Origin: an uncultured Fidelibacterota bacterium
GTDB lineage: Bacteria; Fidelibacterota; Marinisomatia; Marinisomatales; Marinisomataceae
Length of the DNA: 64,000 bases
Reading direction: 5' to 3'
NCBI GenBank assembly: GCA_902526795.1
Contig: CABZMF010000003.1
Location: forward strand, 88,190 to 152,189
Shown: positions 57,155 to 64,000 of the stretch, in pieces
Numbering within the stretch: position 1 is the first letter of the stretch
How the letters are laid out: every line of letters begins with the position of its first letter
Translations under genes and position numbers: made by a program
Notes under the pieces: generated by a model
Databases searched by the model: none
Told to the model about the DNA's origin: nothing
Seen by the model: only the letters and a program-made list of their open reading frames with translations

Positions 57155-57919
57155 TTAAAACCTAATTTTTTTACCAGTTGCCATTAACTGAACCGCAATT
57201 GCTGTTGTAACTATGGTAAAAATAACCAGGAAAACTGCTGATGTAATAAATGAAGCATCAGAAACTCCAAGTGTTGCTTCTCTTAAAGCACTTATCGCAT
57301 AGTAGATGGGATTAAATTGACTTATAGTCATCGCCCAACCTGGTAACATTTTAATTGAATAAAATATTCCTCCAAGAAAACTAAATGGTGTAATAACGAA
57401 ATTTTGGATTAAAGCCAACTGATCCCAAGAGTCTGATAATTGACCAACGAAGAGTCCTAAGCTTGAAAAAGACCATGAAACCAAAAAAATAAAAAGTAAG
57501 GTAAGTGGTAAATTAAGTATTGGCATTCCAGCCAACCAACAAATTGATAGTATCAGAATACCATTAACAAAGCCTCTTATAGTACCACCAATTATGAAGG
57601 ATAATGATAATTCTAAACTGGAAAGAGGAGTAATTAAAAGCTCTGGTAATGTTTGTAGTAATTTCATTTGTAACATTGAAGATGCAGAATTAGCAACAGC
57701 GTTAGTTATCACATTCATCATCAATAGCCCAGGTAAAATATAGATTTTATATGATACCCCACTTATCTCACTGATTCTATTTTCTAAAGCTACTCCAAAT
57801 ACAAAGATATATAAAAGTGTTGTAACAATTCCTGGTATTATAGTCTGCCTCCAAACAGAAAAAAACCTCATTATTTCTCTTGAGGAAAGGGTGTAAAATC
57901 CTACCCAATTTCTAATCAT
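57155..57919 (-). CDS. ABC-2 type permease (YadH-like)
   Basis: 6 TM segments; LPGLLMM, TPFSFLGG.FYSI..LP, NPIYY motifs. Confidence 0.88.
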   Translation of the reverse strand: MIRNWVGFYTLSSREIMRFFSVWRQTIIPGIVTTLLYIFVFGVALENRISEISGVSYKIYILPGLLMMNVITNAVANSASSMLQMKLLQTLPELLITPLSSLELSLSFIIGGTIRGFVNGILILSICWLAGMPILNLPLTLLFIFLVSWSFSSLGLFVGQLSDSWDQLALIQNFVITPFSFLGGIFYSIKMLPGWAMTISQFNPIYYAISALREATLGVSDASFITSAVFLVIFTIVTTAIAVQLMATGKKIRF

Positions 57920-58838
57920 TTATTTTTCTCCCAGTTAAGTCTAAAAAAACATCTTCTAACGATGTTTTAGGAATATGTATATCTTCAATTTTAATATTTT
58001 GTTCGGAAAACTTTAAAATTATTGATGGCAATTCAAGATTTGGAGACTCGGTAAAAATATGAACAATATTTTTATTAACGTTAAATTTATATTTTTTAAG
58101 GAAACTCATATCATCAATATTTTTTTGCAATTGTATTTCGATAGAGGAATTATTAACTAACTTTTTAAGATTTGGAACTGAATCTTCGACGATTAACTTT
58201 CCTTTATCTATTATACCCACACGCTCGCACAAAAGCTCAGCTTCATCAATGTAGTGTGTAGTAAGTAATATTGTTTTACCTTCCTGATGTAGTTCTTGTA
58301 AATATAACCAAAGATCATGTCTAAGCTCAACATCCACTCCTGCTGTAGGTTCATCCAAAATAATTATTTCAGGATCATGAACTAAAGCTTTTGCTATTTG
58401 TAATCTTCGTTTCATTCCACCAGATAATTCTCTCATTTTTTTGGATCGATGCTTTGATAATCCTAACTTCTTTAAAAGATATTCAATTCTTTTTTGCGCA
58501 TTAGACCTTGTAACACCATAAAAACCTGCTTGAAAATATAGTAGTTGCTCTAAAGGGAAAAACCAATCTGTACTTACTTCTTGATGTGCTATACCAATCT
58601 TAGAACGTGCAAATCTAAAATCATTTTCAATATCTTTGCCAAAAATTTGTATGTGTCCATTTGATGGCTTAACTAAACTTGTTATTGAATTTATTGTGGT
58701 GGATTTCCCAGCTCCATTTGGACCTAACAATCCATAGAACTCACCTTTTTTTATTCCTAAGTCTATACCTTTAAGGGCTTCTGTCGTATCGTAAGTTTTA
58801 AAGAGCTTATTTATTTTTATTGCAAGATTATCATTCAT
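57912..58838 (-). CDS. ABC transporter ATP-binding protein (YadG-like)
   Basis: GPNGAGKST, LSGGMKRR, LDEPTAGVD and TTHY motifs. The likely start is ATG 58838. Confidence 0.92.
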   Translation of the reverse strand: MNDNLAIKINKLFKTYDTTEALKGIDLGIKKGEFYGLLGPNGAGKSTTINSITSLVKPSNGHIQIFGKDIENDFRFARSKIGIAHQEVSTDWFFPLEQLLYFQAGFYGVTRSNAQKRIEYLLKKLGLSKHRSKKMRELSGGMKRRLQIAKALVHDPEIIILDEPTAGVDVELRHDLWLYLQELHQEGKTILLTTHYIDEAELLCERVGIIDKGKLIVEDSVPNLKKLVNNSSIEIQLQKNIDDMSFLKKYKFNVNKNIVHIFTESPNLELPSIILKFSEQNIKIEDIHIPKTSLEDVFLDLTGRKIND

Positions 58839-58918
58839 ATGAAGGTACAATTTTGTAAATACTTGGCGAAAATTCCACTATTATATAATTATTTATGATA
58901 GTAATTAAAAAATTATGA

Positions 58919-61871
<2,953 letters not shown>

Positions 61872-61872
<1 letters not shown>

Positions 61873-62960
61873 TATGATATTACTTGGAATTCTTTTGATG
61901 TTTGATTTAGTATCTCAGCTCCATCATTAGTAACAATAATATCATCCTCGATTCTTACACCACCAATATCCTTCACATAGATACCAGGCTCCACTGTCAT
62001 AACATAGTTTTCTTCAAGAATATCTTTACTTACCTTACTAAATCTTGGATCTTCATGAATTTCAAGACCTAATGAATGTCCAAGGCCGTGATCAAAAAAC
62101 TTTCCATAGCCAGCTTGCTCAATATGGCTTCTAGCAATGTTGTCAATAGATCTGCATGAAACCCCTGCTTTAATGCCATCAATGCTTTTGACTTGTGCAT
62201 TTAAAACAATGTCATAAATCGATTTTTGTTCTTCCGAAAATCCTTTTGTCGCAAATGATCGAGTCATATCAGCATGATACCCAGCAAACTTTGCACCAGA
62301 ATCAATAACTAATAATTCTCCAGGACTTATCTTTCTATCTGTTGGGGTATGATGAGGCTTTGCAGAGTTTGGTCCTGTACCAACAATAGCTGCAAATGCG
62401 TCTGAATCTGAATCTCCATATTTACGGTAAAGAAATGATAATTGATTAGCTATGACTTTTTCTTCGACACCTATTTTAACCATAGGTAATACTTCAGCAA
62501 AAGCTTTATCAGTAATTTCAACAGCGGTTCTAATAGCTTCTAGCTCTTTATCATCTTTTGACATAACCATTTTTTCAATTAGGCCGGTTATGCTTTCTAA
62601 TTTTAAATGTGATAAAACGTTGGAAATTTGTTGAAAACCTTCATAACTAACATTCTTTCCATCAAAAGCAATTTTTGAACCGCTGGTTAATAAGTTTTGA
62701 TTTTTGATGACTTCAAAATGTGAAATACTTTCTATAATTATATTTGCTCCTTTGACTTCCTTCTCAGATTGAACAATATATCTTCCATCAGTGATAAAAT
62801 TTGTCTGTTCTTCAGTTATGACCAATGTTGCGCTTGATCCAGTGAATCCACATAAATATCTGATATGAGTTAAATTTGTAACTAACATACCGTCTAAATC
62901 TTTTTGTGATAATAACTCTTTTAATAAATTTTGTCTTCTTTTAAAATATTCCTTGCTCAT
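61872..62960 (-). CDS. Xaa-Pro peptidase, M24B family
   Basis: Creatinase N-domain YLCGFTGS; PH, DSGA...YHADMTRS, HGLGHSLGLEIHE, TVEPGIY and GVRIEDD metal motifs. Confidence 0.95.
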
Positions 62961-62968
62961 TTTAACCT

Positions 62969-63379
62969 CTAAAGATTACTTAATATATTTTTTGCCTTTT
63001 GTTGTTCTTTTTTATTTTTTGAATGATTGATTACTAAACGCAAATTTTTTTTTGCTTGAAAAGTTTTGCCTTGTGTAATCATAAGCTTTATCAATGATAG
63101 TGTTGCTAATTCGGGAGTTTTTGTAATTCTCTTTTTTCTTATGATTACTGGTTTATGTTTAATATTTATTTTCGGATCCAGTCTTTTCAATTCCTTATAA
63201 ATCAGATTTTTCTTAGGTGAATTTTTTTTATCGTATATCTGATATAATAAAATGTAGGCAGATAAAAAATCTTTGTCGTGGCTAATAACTTTGTTAAGAA
63301 GGTTTTGAGACTCCCTAAAATTTTCATTATCAAAAGCTTTTTCAGCCTTAATAAAAGTATTAGTAATATTTGAGATCAT
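62969..63379 (-). CDS. Small hypothetical TPR-like protein
   Basis: TPR-like helices. The likely start is ATG 63379, an ATGA overlap with the upstream stop. Confidence 0.6.
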   Translation of the reverse strand: MISNITNTFIKAEKAFDNENFRESQNLLNKVISHDKDFLSAYILLYQIYDKKNSPKKNLIYKELKRLDPKINIKHKPVIIRKKRITKTPELATLSLIKLMITQGKTFQAKKNLRLVINHSKNKKEQQKAKNILSNL

Positions 63380-63786
63380 CTTCTGTTCTCTTTTACCCAA
63401 TTTTCTATATAGCCCAATGATTCTTTTACAGGTGTACCAGGTCCAAAAAGTGATCCTACACCAATTTTGTTTAATTTTTCAGAATCTTCATCAGGAATTA
63501 TTCCTCCACCTGTTACAAGAATATTATTTAACTTATTTTTTTTAATTAAATCCATGACCTTTGAGAAGATCGTCATATGTGCACCAGAAAGAATTGAAAG
63601 GGCTATTACATCAACACCTTCTTGAATAGCTATCCTAACAATGCTTTCAGGGGTTTGTCTTAAACCTAAATATATTACATCCATTCCAGCGTCCCTATAT
63701 GCTGCAGCTAAGACTTTGATACCTCTATCATGCCCGTCAAGGCCCGGTTTGGCCATAAGTATTCTAATTGGAGGATTTATCTTCAT
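63376..63786 (-). CDS. Cobalamin-binding domain of a split methylmalonyl-CoA mutase-type enzyme
   Basis: RILMAKPGLDGHDRG (DxHxxG), SILSGAH, GGGIIP, FGPGT motifs. The likely start is ATG 63786. Confidence 0.92.
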   Translation of the reverse strand: MKINPPIRILMAKPGLDGHDRGIKVLAAAYRDAGMDVIYLGLRQTPESIVRIAIQEGVDVIALSILSGAHMTIFSKVMDLIKKNKLNNILVTGGGIIPDEDSEKLNKIGVGSLFGPGTPVKESLGYIENWVKENRR

Positions 63787-63796
63787 ACTGAATAAT

Positions 63797-64000
63797 TTAA
63801 TCAATCCAAACGTTTGATTCTCCTAATAAATCTCTTAATAAAATTAAAAATTGGTTATTATTTGATACTTTTATTTTCTTAGATACAATTTTTCTTTCTT
63901 GGCCATTTTCAGATGGGATATACACAATTAAAGAATGATCTCCTTTATTTTGATTTGCTAAATCAACAATTTCGTTCATTAAATCTTTTGATGAATTTTT
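63797..64000 (-). CDS. dnaE: C-terminal end of DNA polymerase III alpha subunit (truncated by the window edge)
   Basis: The frame is open to base 64000. KGDHSLIVYI...KIKV...LRDLLGESNVWID resembles the DnaE C-terminal tail. Confidence 0.65.
   Translation of the reverse strand, partial: KNSSKDLMNEIVDLANQNKGDHSLIVYIPSENGQERKIVSKKIKVSNNNQFLILLRDLLGESNVWID

Noticed and set aside
58863-58868. Second TTGGCG hexamer in an intergenic region
   Set aside because: No flanking stem, so it is not presented in a loop; likely chance.

Overview
A very AT-rich, gap-poor stretch of core chromosome with about 52 protein genes, 2 tRNAs and tmRNA, and no integrase, transposase or CRISPR array that I could see. 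The gene content is FCB-type: SprA, a Bacteroidota-style LptD, alpha2 GlyRS, TopA with C-terminal repeats, and a GlmU with only its N-terminal domain. It also has marine-type FutABC, TTGACA/TATAAT-type promoters and GGAG ribosome-binding sites. This points to a streamlined marine FCB bacterium outside Bacteroidota, most likely Marinimicrobia/SAR406 (inference). Most genes are housekeeping: mdh, hisS, topA, glyQS, mnmA, argS, gcvP, carAB, ligA, dnaE. The signals most worth following up are: (1) a promoter-plus-terminator unit directly upstream of ssrA whose hairpin presents an exact UUGGCG antisense-recognition hexaloop; (2) an LptA/OstA-like bridge fused to LptD; (3) a TonB-dependent receptor with highly-expressed codon usage and a two-state 5'UTR, followed by GGT and an apparently catalytically dead FGase-fold lipoprotein; (4) a perfect 28-bp A/T-only palindrome abutting the topA -35 box; (5) a short tmRNA tag ending in -MAFA; (6) SprA in an operon with lipoprotein hydrolases and an RMDN-like TPR protein; (7) two divergent genes sharing one CATG. 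All calls are by-eye motif recognition; no database searches were run. Several starts are moved from the supplied ORF track and the reasons are given.
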